DNA of 64,000 nt. It comes from Occultella glacieicola (GTDB lineage: Bacteria; Actinomycetota; Actinomycetes; Actinomycetales; Beutenbergiaceae). Positions 36,757 through 46,751 of the stretch are shown in pieces (the stretch's first letter is position 1; each line of letters begins with the position of its first letter). The notes below the pieces were generated by a model that saw only the letters and a program-made list of their open reading frames with translations, was not told the DNA's origin and searched no databases. The stretch is taken from positions 1 to 64,000 of the forward strand of contig NZ_SMNA01000007.1 in the NCBI RefSeq assembly GCF_004353825.1, written 5' to 3'. The translations under genes were made by a program, and so were the position numbers.

Positions 36757-37260
36757 TCAGCCGGCCGCCCTCGCGACGACACGAGCCAGTTCCCGCCACG
36801 CGGCCTCGGTCGGTTCGGTGAGTGCGAACGAGGTCGGCCAGAGACCGCTGGCGTCGTCGAGGTCCGCCTGCACGCTGAAGCCGAAGGTCGAGTACCGCTC
36901 CTTGTCCTGCTGGCCGCTGCGGAAGAAGCACAGCACCTTCCCCTTCTTCGCGTAGCCGGGCTGGCCGTAGTACAGCTTCGGCGCCAGGTCCGGCGCGGCC
37001 TCCCTCACGATCGCGTGCACGCGCTCCGCCAGCAGCCGGTCGGACTCGGGCATCTGGGCGATCTTGGCCAGCAGGTCCGCCTCGTCGGCCGCGGCCTTGT
37101 CGGTGCGGCTGCCACGCTTGGCCTGGGTCTTCAGTTCCGCGGCGCGTTCCTTGACCGCGGCCCGTTCCTGGGCGGACAGGCCCGCTTCTGTGCCCTTGCT
37201 GCCCTCGCTGCCCTTGCTGCCCTTGCCCTGCGTGCCGTTCGTCGACTTGGTGGCCATCAC
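36757..37260 (-). CDS. DUF1801 (YdhG-like) protein
   Basis: LAPKLYYGQPGYA, CFFR, RYSTFGF and WPTSF motifs. Confidence 0.82.
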   Translation of the reverse strand: MMATKSTNGTQGKGSKGSEGSKGTEAGLSAQERAAVKERAAELKTQAKRGSRTDKAAADEADLLAKIAQMPESDRLLAERVHAIVREAAPDLAPKLYYGQPGYAKKGKVLCFFRSGQQDKERYSTFGFSVQADLDDASGLWPTSFALTEPTEAAWRELARVVARAAG

Positions 37261-37387
37261 TGATCCTCTGCTCGGTGGTGATGGTCGCGGTCTGCGACCC
37301 CTGACTCCACGGTAGGGACCTCGGAGCGGCCGGGGCTTCTCGATTCCTGCTCGACGGGGACTGGCGTCCAGTGGAGCCGGAAGTCGC

Positions 37388-38212
37388 CTACGCCGCGGTG
37401 ACCGGCGCAGGCTCCGCGTGGTCTAGGGCCCACTCCAATGCGTAGTCGGCGACCTCCTGCCAGCCCGGTTCCGCGCAGATCCAGTGCGAGCGTCCCGCGA
37501 ACTCGTGGTACTCGGTGAGGGAAGGGGACTTGGCCCAGTGCTTCGCATTGGACCTGTTCACCGAGGGCGGCATGATGTGGTCCTCGCTACCGCCGATGAA
37601 CAGCAGCGGGGAGCGTTCGATCGAGTAGTCGACCCAGGTCTCCTGCCGACCCGGCTTGAGGTTGGCGATGAGCCCGTAGGCCCACACCCAGTTGCCGGGC
37701 GCCGCGATGGCGTACTTCTCCCACACCGCGTCGGAGTCCTCCCTCGACAAGGTGTTCGCGAACGCGTAGTGGAACTCCTCCTGGGTGAACGCGACGGCCT
37801 TGTGAAAGTTGGCCGGGTTCTTCAGGGCCGGGAAGAGGGAGCGCACCTGCGACAGCGGGCTCACCCGAACTCCCTCCGTCGGGGCGGAGTCGACCACGAC
37901 GCCCGCCGCGCCGAGGCCGCGCGCGAGGAGCAACTGGGTCAGCGCGCCGCCGAAGGAGTGGCCCATGATGATGGGCGGCCGGGGCAGTGCCTCGATCTGG
38001 GCCGCGAGGTGGTCGACGGTCTCCGGAACGGTCAGGTTCGCGATGACGTCGGGGTTCTTGCGGAGCTCCTCCACCTCGATCTCGAAGCCGGGGTAGGCGG
38101 GCGTGAGCACGGTGAATCCCTTGGCTTCGAAGTGCTCCCTCCAGCCCTCCCAACTGCGGGGGGTCATCCACAAGCCGTGCACGAGCACGATGGTGTCCGG
38201 GGTGGTCGACAT
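37388..38212 (-). CDS. Alpha/beta hydrolase
   Basis: HGLW, GHSFGG, DH and RSH motifs. Confidence 0.9.
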   Translation of the reverse strand: MSTTPDTIVLVHGLWMTPRSWEGWREHFEAKGFTVLTPAYPGFEIEVEELRKNPDVIANLTVPETVDHLAAQIEALPRPPIIMGHSFGGALTQLLLARGLGAAGVVVDSAPTEGVRVSPLSQVRSLFPALKNPANFHKAVAFTQEEFHYAFANTLSREDSDAVWEKYAIAAPGNWVWAYGLIANLKPGRQETWVDYSIERSPLLFIGGSEDHIMPPSVNRSNAKHWAKSPSLTEYHEFAGRSHWICAEPGWQEVADYALEWALDHAEPAPVTAA

Positions 38213-38240
38213 GGTCTCTCCTTGCGTAGGGACGGGGCAG

Positions 38241-39065
38241 TCAGGCCTCGATGAAGGCCAGTAGATCCGCGTGCAGCCGATCGCGGTCGGTGTCGGGCAG
38301 GCCGTGTGCCCCGCCCTCGTAGACGGTCAACGTCGCGCCCGGGATCAGCGCGGCGGAGCGCTTTCCGCCGACCTCGAACGGGACGATCTGGTCGTCATCG
38401 CCGTGGATGACGAGGGTCGGTATGTCGACCGTGGCGAGGTCCGGACGGAAGTCGGTCGCGGAGAAGGCGGCGATGCACTCGTACGCGGCCCGATGTCCGC
38501 ATGCCATGGACTGCAGCCAGAACGCGTCGCGGATCCCTTGGGAGACGTCGTTGTTGCGGTTGTTGCCGAAGAAGGGCCCGTCGGCGAGATCCCGGTAGAG
38601 CTGGGAACGATCGGCTGCCTCGCCGGCGCGGATCCCGTCGAAGACGGCGACGGGCAGCCCTTCGGGGTTGTCGTCGCCCGCCAGCATGAGTGGCGGCACC
38701 GCCGAGACGAGAACGAGTTTCGCGACGCGCTCGGTGCCGTGTCGGCCGATGTACCGGACGATCTCCCCACCGCCGGTGGAGTGGCCGACCAGGGTGATGT
38801 CGTTCAGGTCGAGGTGATCGATGAGTCCGGCGAGGTCGTCGGCGTAGGTGTTCATCTCGTTGCCGTGCCAGGTCTGGCTGGAGCGTCCGTGTCCGCGGCG
38901 GTCGTGAGCGATCGCGCGGTGCCCGTTCTCGGCGAGGAAGCGGGCGGTGGCCTCCCAGGCGTCGGCGTTCAACGGCCAACCGTGGCTGAGGATCACCGGC
39001 GAGCCGTCGATGCCCCAGTCCTTGTAGAAGATCTGGGCACCGTCCTCGGTGGTGACGAACGGCAT
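38241..39065 (-). CDS. Cofactor-free haloperoxidase/perhydrolase
   Basis: [38 protein letters not shown] and HGL motifs. Confidence 0.92.
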   Translation of the reverse strand: MPFVTTEDGAQIFYKDWGIDGSPVILSHGWPLNADAWEATARFLAENGHRAIAHDRRGHGRSSQTWHGNEMNTYADDLAGLIDHLDLNDITLVGHSTGGGEIVRYIGRHGTERVAKLVLVSAVPPLMLAGDDNPEGLPVAVFDGIRAGEAADRSQLYRDLADGPFFGNNRNNDVSQGIRDAFWLQSMACGHRAAYECIAAFSATDFRPDLATVDIPTLVIHGDDDQIVPFEVGGKRSAALIPGATLTVYEGGAHGLPDTDRDRLHADLLAFIEA

Positions 39066-39163
39066 GACGGCCTCCGCGCTGGAACAGGTGAGTGCGCTCA
39101 CCCACCGTGCCCGGCCCTGGCCACGAGCGAACCACGTGTTCCTCGTAGTCTGCTTCGGTCGCG

Positions 39164-41911
39164 CTACCCGTCGGCGGAACCGAGCATGTCGGCAAGCTGG
39201 CGACGGGAACTGACCCCGAGCTTCCGGAACACCTTCCTGAGGTGGTAGTCGACCGTGTTGGTGCTGATGAACAACGTGGCGCTGATCTCCTGGTTCGTGT
39301 TCCTGGCTGCGGCCATGCTCGCGATCGTCGCCTCCCGTGGGGTGAGTGAGTCGACCCCGGAGACCTCCGTGCGCGGCGCGTGTTCGCCGGTGGCGGCGAG
39401 CTCGTAGCGCGCACGGCTCGCGAACGCCGGCGCGCCGGCCCGTTCGAAGAGAGTCAGCGCCGCCCGCAGCTGCTCCCGGGCATCCCGTCGCCGCTTCATC
39501 CGCCTGAGCCATTCGCCGTACAGCAGGTGCGCTCGGCCCAGGTCACCGATCGCGGTGGACTGCTCCAGCCACCCGATGGCTGATCGGAACAGCCCTTCGG
39601 CATCGGCATCCGGTGCCAGCAGGGCGTCGCAGCGGTCCGCGATGCCACGGATCCACGGGGTGCCGCTGACCGCCGCGTGGACGCGCAGCTTCCGGGCGAC
39701 CGTGGCGGCCGCCTCGGTGTGGCCGCTTCGCGTCGCGGCCTCCACGTATTCCGGCCACTGCTGGTACGTGACCTGGAGGAACGGGCGCTCGATCATCGGG
39801 CTGAGTCGTTCGAACGCGTCGACGTAGTGGCCCTCGGCGATGTCCCGGATGCTCAGTCCGGTCATCGCAACCGTCCACGCCCCGCCGAATCCGGTGCCGA
39901 GCGTCGCCTCTGCGATCGCCTCGATCTGCGGCCTCGGGGCACCGACCCACGCGAGGTAGGAGGCGTTGATCACCTGCTCGCCCGGGTAGCCGATCGCGTG
40001 ACGCAGCTCGCGCACCTGTTGGACGTATCGCCCGGAGGCGATGGGGTCGCCCCGCACGAGCTCGAGGAGGCTGAGTACCCACAGCGCCGAGTCGAGGACT
40101 CGCAAGGAGCCGACGTCCCGCGCGACCCGAGCCGTGCGCTCGAGCAGTTCCACGCACCCGCGCTCGTCCCACAGGCCCATCGTGAGGGCGACGCCGTATC
40201 CGAGTTCGAGCAGCGCGGCGTCGTCACCTGCCTGCAGCATCTCGACCGCGGCGCGCATGGCCGGCACAGCCTCCTCATACGGGAGCAGGATGTGCGCGCT
40301 CAGCCCCCGCAGCGCGATGGCGAGGGGACCCTCCTGGACCTCCGCGCCCTCACGCAGCCGCTGCCCGAGCCGCTCGAGCGAGATGTCCTGCATCATCCAT
40401 TCGGTGGTGAGCGCGAACTCGAACGCCCGGATGAGCGTGCGCTGTTCCAGTTCCGGCACGACACCGTGGAAGGCGTCCGCCGCGGCCAGGAGGTCGGCCG
40501 CGGCGCGGGTGATCCCGTCCGGATCGCCGAGGAAGATTGCGAGCATCGCACGCAGGCTGATCGCCCGGCCCCGCCCGACCGCGTCGAGCGCCCGTTCGTC
40601 GAGGCCGTCCAGGAGCGAGATCGCGAACTGTGCGGCGCCGGCTCCCGCTGCGGACTCGGCTGCCGCGATGAGGCGGCCGTTCCGGACGCGATCGTCGGAG
40701 GTCAGTCCGGCGGCGCGTGCGAGCGAGTGGGCACGCGATGCCAGGCCGCCTCGCATCCCGGCACGATCCGCGGCGGCTTCGAGCCGGTCGGCCACCGCGT
40801 CGTCGGTGCCGGTGGTGGCGGCCGCGGCATGCAGTGCCTCGACGTCGGTCAGGCCGCGTTGGGTCGCGGCCTGCGCCAAGGCATCGTGGGCCCGGCGGCG
40901 GTCCGGTCCTCGGAAGGCGCTGTAGACGGCGGACCGCACGAGCGGATGCCGGAACCGAACGTGGCCGCGCCGCACCACGACGAGGGCCGAGTGTTCCGCC
41001 AGTTCGGCGCTCTCGCGATCCAAGCCGATCCGCTCCGCGGCGCCCTCGATCAGGTCGGTGGCACCGGTCGGTTCAGCGGCGGCCAGCAGCAGCCAGGTCT
41101 GCACCTTCGGCGGATGGGACCGCAGTTCCCGGATGTAATGGAGTTCGAGGTGATGTCCGATCGGGAAGGGCTGCTCGGCGAGGGCCGCGTCCGTCAACTC
41201 CTGAACCGTGAAGTCCTGCGTCAGATCGAGCATCGCCAACGGGTTGCCTCCCGTCTGCTCGGCGATCTGGGCCGCGAGATAGGGATCGAAGGTCCCGGGA
41301 GTCGACTCCCTCAGGAGTTGCACGGCCGACCGCGGATCGAGCCCGCGGAGGCGATGGGTGGGCACCCCGGCAGTGCTCAGGTCGATGGTGGCGTCGTCGC
41401 GCGCCGCGAAGAGAAGCACCACGGACTCGGCCTGAAGGCGTCGGGAGACGAACGCCAGGACGTCCAGGGACTCCTGGTCGAGCTGATGGGCGTCGTCGAT
41501 GGTGCACACGACGGGTCCGTTCTCGCCCGCCGCCGCGAGAAGGGAGAGCAGGCCGAGGCCCACCAGGTAGCGGTCCGGTGCGGGGCCCTCGGCCACTCCG
41601 GCCGCCACCCGCAGCGCTTCCTGTTGGTGTGCCGGCAGTGCTCCGAGGAACGGCTGTAGCGGCATGCCCAGACGCTGCAGGGCCGCATAGGGCAGTGCCG
41701 ACTCGGCCTGGAAGCCGTCCACCCGCAACAGCAAGGCGTTCGGAACCGACTCGGTGACGCTGCGCAGGAGCGCCGTCTTGCCGATCCCCGGCTCGCCCCG
41801 AAGGACGAGCGCCGCGCTCACGCCGTTGCGAGCACCCGTGATCAGGTGCTCGAGCAACTGGACGTCGTCGGCTCTCCCGAGCAGCGGCGCGGCGGATCGT
41901 TGCTGTTCCAC
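39164..41911 (-). CDS. Large ATP-binding LuxR-family regulator
   Basis: [25 protein letters not shown] and C-terminal LuxR HTH. Confidence 0.92.
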   Translation of the reverse strand: MEQQRSAAPLLGRADDVQLLEHLITGARNGVSAALVLRGEPGIGKTALLRSVTESVPNALLLRVDGFQAESALPYAALQRLGMPLQPFLGALPAHQQEALRVAAGVAEGPAPDRYLVGLGLLSLLAAAGENGPVVCTIDDAHQLDQESLDVLAFVSRRLQAESVVLLFAARDDATIDLSTAGVPTHRLRGLDPRSAVQLLRESTPGTFDPYLAAQIAEQTGGNPLAMLDLTQDFTVQELTDAALAEQPFPIGHHLELHYIRELRSHPPKVQTWLLLAAAEPTGATDLIEGAAERIGLDRESAELAEHSALVVVRRGHVRFRHPLVRSAVYSAFRGPDRRRAHDALAQAATQRGLTDVEALHAAAATTGTDDAVADRLEAAADRAGMRGGLASRAHSLARAAGLTSDDRVRNGRLIAAAESAAGAGAAQFAISLLDGLDERALDAVGRGRAISLRAMLAIFLGDPDGITRAAADLLAAADAFHGVVPELEQRTLIRAFEFALTTEWMMQDISLERLGQRLREGAEVQEGPLAIALRGLSAHILLPYEEAVPAMRAAVEMLQAGDDAALLELGYGVALTMGLWDERGCVELLERTARVARDVGSLRVLDSALWVLSLLELVRGDPIASGRYVQQVRELRHAIGYPGEQVINASYLAWVGAPRPQIEAIAEATLGTGFGGAWTVAMTGLSIRDIAEGHYVDAFERLSPMIERPFLQVTYQQWPEYVEAATRSGHTEAAATVARKLRVHAAVSGTPWIRGIADRCDALLAPDADAEGLFRSAIGWLEQSTAIGDLGRAHLLYGEWLRRMKRRRDAREQLRAALTLFERAGAPAFASRARYELAATGEHAPRTEVSGVDSLTPREATIASMAAARNTNQEISATLFISTNTVDYHLRKVFRKLGVSSRRQLADMLGSADG

Positions 41912-42080
41912 GGTACCCGTGCGACCTCCTTCCAGGGAGGCGCGGATGCTGGCTGTCGCGCCAAGAATGTCGGAGCGATGGAGCGCTTGTCGAGACCCTT
42001 CGGGTGCGGATCGGTGCGGCCACGCCTCGGCCCGACGATCGCCCGGTGGGGTTGTGCGGCGACCCGCTCGCGCAGGCGGC

Positions 42081-42132
42081 GGAAGTTTCCACCCCACCTC
42101 TCCTGGACCCTGCCCACCCCGCCTCATAGCGT
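42081..42132 (+). promoter_or_regulatory. GGAAnnTTCC-ACC operator promoter (site 4)
   Basis: GGAAGTTTCC-ACCCC, CTGG at +13, TAGCGT after 36 nt. Confidence 0.8.
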
Positions 42133-42173
42133 CATCGGCAGGACAGGATCCGGCCAGTGATGAGGAGCCCGCC

Positions 42174-45100
42174 GTGTGGCGAGTGAGTGTGCGACCGAGC
42201 GCGGAGAGCAAGCTCTCCCCGGTCGACGTGGTGGTCACCGCGGACGCCGGCGGCCGGGTCGGTGACCTCGCCGCGAGCCTCGGCAGCCACCTCGGCGGCG
42301 GTGCCGGACACCTGCTGCTCGCCCCGACCACGGGTGGGCGCCCCTGGTCCGCGGACACCCCGCTGGCCCAGGCGCCGCTGCGCGACGGTGACGTCCTCGA
42401 GGTCACCTCGGTTCCGGCGGAGTGGCTCACCCGGCCCGGCCGCACCGGCGCCGCCCGCGCGGTGGTGCACGTGGTCGCCGGTCCGGACGCGGGCACCCAG
42501 ATCCCGGTCACCGGCGAGGTGGCCACGATCGGCCGCTGCGCCGACGCCACGGTTCACCTCAACGACCCCCTGGTCAGCCGCACCCACGCGCAGATCCTGC
42601 TCACCGCCACCCCCGTGGTCGTGGACCAGGGGTCCGCGCACGGCACCCGGGTGGCCGGCCGGGCCGTGAACCGGCCCCGGGCCGTGGCCTGGGGCGAGCA
42701 GATCACTGTCGGCTCCTCGGTCCTGGTGGTCCGGCCCGCACGGGCCGGGACGGGCGCCGGGGCCGACGGCGGTCGTGACCGTGGCGTGCTGCGCTCACCC
42801 CGGTTCGGGGTCGCCGTGGAGGCCCACGAGCACGAGATCCCGGCGGCACCGGCGCCGGTCCGCAAGATCCAGGTGCCATGGCCGATGATGCTCATGCCGA
42901 TGCTCATGGGCGGCGCGATGTTCGCGCTGCTGCGCAACCCGTTCTCCCTGATCTTCATGCTCGGCTTCCCGGCCATGATGGGCGTCAACTACCTCATGCA
43001 GGTCCGCGCCGCCCGCAAGGAGCACGCCGAGCAGGCCGCGATCTGGCGCGAGGAGGTCGCCGGCGTCCTCGCCCTCCTCGACGCCGCCGCCCACGCCCAG
43101 GCCGCCCACGCCGAGGAGGACGAGCCCGAGCTCGACGTGGTCCTGGCCCGGGCCACCTCCCGCGACCACCGGCTCTGGACCCGTCAGCGCGACGATTCCG
43201 ACTTCCTCACCGTGCGCGCCGGCCGCGGCCCGCGCCCCGCGCTGGTCACCGCGAAGACACCCGGTACCCAGGGGGACCGGGTGCTGCGCGCCGAGGCCAC
43301 CGCGGCGATCACCGCCCGCGCGACCCTGGCGGACCTCCCGGTCCCGGTCCCGCTGGCGCAGGCGGCCCTGACCGCCGTCGTCGGCGCGAAGGCGGACGTC
43401 GACGCCTGGGTGCGTGCCGCCGTCGTCCGTCTTGCGGTGACCCACTCCCCGAACGAGGTGCGCGTGGCCGCGGTGCTCGGCGCCGACCGCGCCCAGGTCG
43501 AGTCGTGGCTGCGGTGGCTGCCGCACGCCGCGCCGCTGGCCGGCGGTACCGCGTGCGTGAGCGTCGGCGCCGGGGACGGGCAGGGCCTGCTCGAGGAGCT
43601 CGCGGTCGCCGAGCCTGCCGGTCTGCACACCGTGCTGCTGGTCGACGGCGGTGCCCAGGTCTCCCGCCGTCTCGTCGAGGCCGTGGCCGGGGTGGCGCAG
43701 GATCCCGAGCGCCGGCTGCACCTGGTCTGGATGGGGGAGTCCCTCACCGAGGTGCCCGCCGCGACCGACCTCGCCGTGGACCTGACCACCGCCACCCTGC
43801 AGCGCGCCGGCCGCGGCGGCGTCGAGGACCTCACCCGTTGCGACGCCCTCGACCTGACCACAGCCTGGCGTGCGGCCCGGGCACTGTCCGGGTACAAGGA
43901 CGAGGCCGCAGTCGTGGCCGCGGAGTCGATGCTGCCGCAGCAGGTGCGCCTACCCGAGCTGACCGGTGACCTCGCGGACCCCGACGACGTGGAGCGGCTC
44001 ATCGAGCGGTGGGCGGCCAGCACCGGGCTGCGCGCCCAGCTCGGCACCGGCGGTGACGGCGTGATCTCGATCGACCTGCGTGAGGACGGCCCGCACGGGC
44101 TGGTCGCGGGGACCACCGGCGCCGGCAAGAGCGAGCTGCTGCAGTCCCTGATCGCCTCGCTCGCGATCAACAACCCGCCGTCCCGGATCACGTTCCTGCT
44201 GGTGGACTACAAGGGTGGCGCCGCGTTCCGCGAGTGCGCGCAGCTGCCGCACTCGGTCGGCTACATCACCGACCTCACCCCGGCCCTGGTGCAGCGGGCC
44301 CTGACCTCCCTGCACGCCGAGCTCACGGCCCGCGAGCACCTGCTCGCCACCTACGGCGCGAAGGACCTGATCGCCCTCGAGCGCAGCCACCCCGAGGCGG
44401 CGCCGCCGAGCATGCTCATCTGCGTGGACGAGTTCGCGGCCCTGCTCGCCGAGGTCCCCGAGTTCGTGGACGGGATGGTCTCGATCGCCCAACGGGGCCG
44501 GTCGCTCGGCATGCACATGCTGCTCGCCACCCAGCGTCCCGCCGGCGTGGTCACCCCGCAGATCAAGGCGAACACGGACCTGCGGATCGCGCTGCGGGTC
44601 GCCTCCCCGGACGACTCCACCGACGTGATCGACGCCCCGGACGCCGCGCACCTGTCCCGCCGCACCCCAGGCCGGGCCTGGCTGCGGCGCACCGGGCACG
44701 GCACCCGCGAGCTCGTCCAGGTCGCGTTCGTGGGCGCCCACGAGGAGCTGCACGAGCTCGGTGACGTCGTGCGGGTGGCGCCGTTCACCGCCCGGGACCT
44801 GCCCGGCGCCGACAGCTCAGATCGGGCAGGCGCCACCCGGGTGCACCCGAGCAGCGACCTCGAGCGGATCGTCGCGACCGCCGGCACCGCGTTCCTGCGC
44901 ACCGGCCGGCCCGCCCCGAAGAGGCCCTGGATCCCGCCGATCGCCGCCGAGCTCCCGATGGTGTGCACCCGCCCCGGCGAGCTCGCCCTCGGCGCCGGCG
45001 CCCGCGACGAGGCCCTCGTGGCCGGTGGTGCCACCGACGTGGTCCGCGCGCAGCAGGCACCCGGTCAGGTCATCCTCGGCATGGTGGACCGCCCCGCGCA

Positions 45101-46751
45101 GCAGTCCCAGGTCCCGTTCGTGGTGGACTACGCCCGCGCCGGGCATCTGCTCGTGTTCGGCTCCTCCGGCGCCGGCAAGACCGAGCTCCTGCGCACCCTG
45201 GCCGCCTCCGTCACCGCCGGTACCCCGGGCGGTTCCGGCGAACCGGGCAGATCGGGCAGATCGGGCAGATCGGGCACCGCGCCCGACTGCGTCTACGGCA
45301 TCGACGCCGGCGGTGGCGGGCTGACCGTCCTGGAACGGCTCGGCTCGGTCGGGTCGATCGTCGTGGAGCAGCAGCTGGAGCGGATGCTGCGACTGATCCG
45401 GATGCTGCACCGCACCGTCACCGAGCGCAACGCCGCGCTGGCCTCACGCGGGGTCGCGGACCTGGCGGCGCTCGCCGCGACCGGGGTGGACCTGCAGCGC
45501 ATCCACCTGCTCATCGACAACCTGCCCGCCGTGATGGACGCCCTCGAGGGCGGCGGTGCGGTGCGCCGTCAGCACGGCGAGCAACTCCTCACGATCCTCC
45601 AGGAGGGGCGCCGTGCCGGCGTGCACATCACCGCGACCGCCCCGCAGCGGACCGGCCTGCCGAGCCAGCTGCAGGCCGCGTTCGGGCAGCGCCTCGTGAT
45701 GCGGATGACCGTGACCGACGACTACGCGATGCTCGGCGTCCCCGCCAATGTGCTCGACGGCGAGTCCCCGGCCGGGCGGGCGCTGTCCGGCAAGGACGAG
45801 GTCCAGATCGCGACACTCGGTGGCGCCGGGACCCCGCTGCAGGGTCAGCGCCTCGACGAGCTGATGGCCGTGGTCGCGGACCGGTACTCCGGCGAACCGC
45901 CTGCCTCGGTGCCGGTGCTGCCGACCCGGCTGCCGCAGCACATCCTGCCCGCCCCGACCGCGGACGAGTTGTGCCTGGGCGCGGAGGAGAGCTTCGTGGC
46001 CCCGGTCAGCGTGCCGCTGCGGTCGGCGCCGCTGCTGATCACCGGCCGGTCCCGGTCCGGTCGCACCAGTGCCCTGCTCGGCATCGCCCAGCTCGCCCGC
46101 CGCTCGAGCGCACCGCCCACGCGGATCGTGTTCGCCGGGCCGCGCGCGCAGGCCGCCGTGGCCGTGCCGGGCGGCACGCTGTCCCCGGCCGAGGTGGCCG
46201 ACGGCGTCCTGGCCACTGCCGAGGACCTGCTCGCCTGGGTAGAGGGTGGCGGCATGAACGGCATGAACGGCATGAACGGCATGAACGGCATGAACGACCC
46301 AGCCGCGAGCAGTGCCGGTGCGCACCCCGCGGCGGCCGACCGCGCGACCACCACCATGGACGCCACGGACGACGACTGGACTCTGCTGCTGCTGGACGAC
46401 CTGCACGAGTGGGAGCGCGCCTGGGAGGCCAACGGCCCCGAGCGGCGCGCGCTCGAGGCGCTCGCCGCCCACCTGACGTCCGGGACCGGCGCACGCACCG
46501 CCGTCGTCGGGGTCGCGGACCCGGACGACGCCCGCTCGCGTCAGCACATCCCGGGCCTGATCGCCCTGCTGCGGCGCTCGCGCCGCGCTGTGCTGCTGTC
46601 CCCGGAGATGGGCGACGGGTCGTTGGTGGCGGCGCAGATCCCGATGAACAGCCACGAGCCGCTGACCGGCGCCGGTCGGGGCCTTCTCGTGAACGGCGGA
46701 TCCGCGCACGTTCTCCAATTAGTATCGGCGTCGGTGGAGGGGGCCCGGTGA
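42174..46751 (+). CDS. EssC/EccC-like T7SS ATPase (ubiquitin-like, FHA, TM hairpin, 3 FtsK/SpoIIIE domains)
   Basis: FHA motifs GR, SRTH and HGT; DGPHGLVAGTTGAGKSE, DYKGG, VDEFA, GRSLGMH, ATQRP; second Walker A GSSGAGKT; third GRSRSGRT; RBS GAGGAG. Confidence 0.9.
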   Translation: MWRVSVRPSAESKLSPVDVVVTADAGGRVGDLAASLGSHLGGGAGHLLLAPTTGGRPWSADTPLAQAPLRDGDVLEVTSVPAEWLTRPGRTGAARAVVHVVAGPDAGTQIPVTGEVATIGRCADATVHLNDPLVSRTHAQILLTATPVVVDQGSAHGTRVAGRAVNRPRAVAWGEQITVGSSVLVVRPARAGTGAGADGGRDRGVLRSPRFGVAVEAHEHEIPAAPAPVRKIQVPWPMMLMPMLMGGAMFALLRNPFSLIFMLGFPAMMGVNYLMQVRAARKEHAEQAAIWREEVAGVLALLDAAAHAQAAHAEEDEPELDVVLARATSRDHRLWTRQRDDSDFLTVRAGRGPRPALVTAKTPGTQGDRVLRAEATAAITARATLADLPVPVPLAQAALTAVVGAKADVDAWVRAAVVRLAVTHSPNEVRVAAVLGADRAQVESWLRWLPHAAPLAGGTACVSVGAGDGQGLLEELAVAEPAGLHTVLLVDGGAQVSRRLVEAVAGVAQDPERRLHLVWMGESLTEVPAATDLAVDLTTATLQRAGRGGVEDLTRCDALDLTTAWRAARALSGYKDEAAVVAAESMLPQQVRLPELTGDLADPDDVERLIERWAASTGLRAQLGTGGDGVISIDLREDGPHGLVAGTTGAGKSELLQSLIASLAINNPPSRITFLLVDYKGGAAFRECAQLPHSVGYITDLTPALVQRALTSLHAELTAREHLLATYGAKDLIALERSHPEAAPPSMLICVDEFAALLAEVPEFVDGMVSIAQRGRSLGMHMLLATQRPAGVVTPQIKANTDLRIALRVASPDDSTDVIDAPDAAHLSRRTPGRAWLRRTGHGTRELVQVAFVGAHEELHELGDVVRVAPFTARDLPGADSSDRAGATRVHPSSDLERIVATAGTAFLRTGRPAPKRPWIPPIAAELPMVCTRPGELALGAGARDEALVAGGATDVVRAQQAPGQVILGMVDRPAQQSQVPFVVDYARAGHLLVFGSSGAGKTELLRTLAASVTAGTPGGSGEPGRSGRSGRSGTAPDCVYGIDAGGGGLTVLERLGSVGSIVVEQQLERMLRLIRMLHRTVTERNAALASRGVADLAALAATGVDLQRIHLLIDNLPAVMDALEGGGAVRRQHGEQLLTILQEGRRAGVHITATAPQRTGLPSQLQAAFGQRLVMRMTVTDDYAMLGVPANVLDGESPAGRALSGKDEVQIATLGGAGTPLQGQRLDELMAVVADRYSGEPPASVPVLPTRLPQHILPAPTADELCLGAEESFVAPVSVPLRSAPLLITGRSRSGRTSALLGIAQLARRSSAPPTRIVFAGPRAQAAVAVPGGTLSPAEVADGVLATAEDLLAWVEGGGMNGMNGMNGMNGMNDPAASSAGAHPAAADRATTTMDATDDDWTLLLLDDLHEWERAWEANGPERRALEALAAHLTSGTGARTAVVGVADPDDARSRQHIPGLIALLRRSRRAVLLSPEMGDGSLVAAQIPMNSHEPLTGAGRGLLVNGGSAHVLQLVSASVEGAR
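46251..46295. repeat. 9-bp tandem repeat x5 encoding (GMN)5
   Basis: ggcatgaac x5; a similar cgggcagat x3 lies at 45244-45270. Confidence 0.95.

Noticed and set aside
37335..37349. GCTTCTCGATTCCTG as an operator of the DUF1801 gene
   Set aside because: Single occurrence in the window; the resemblance rests on memory only
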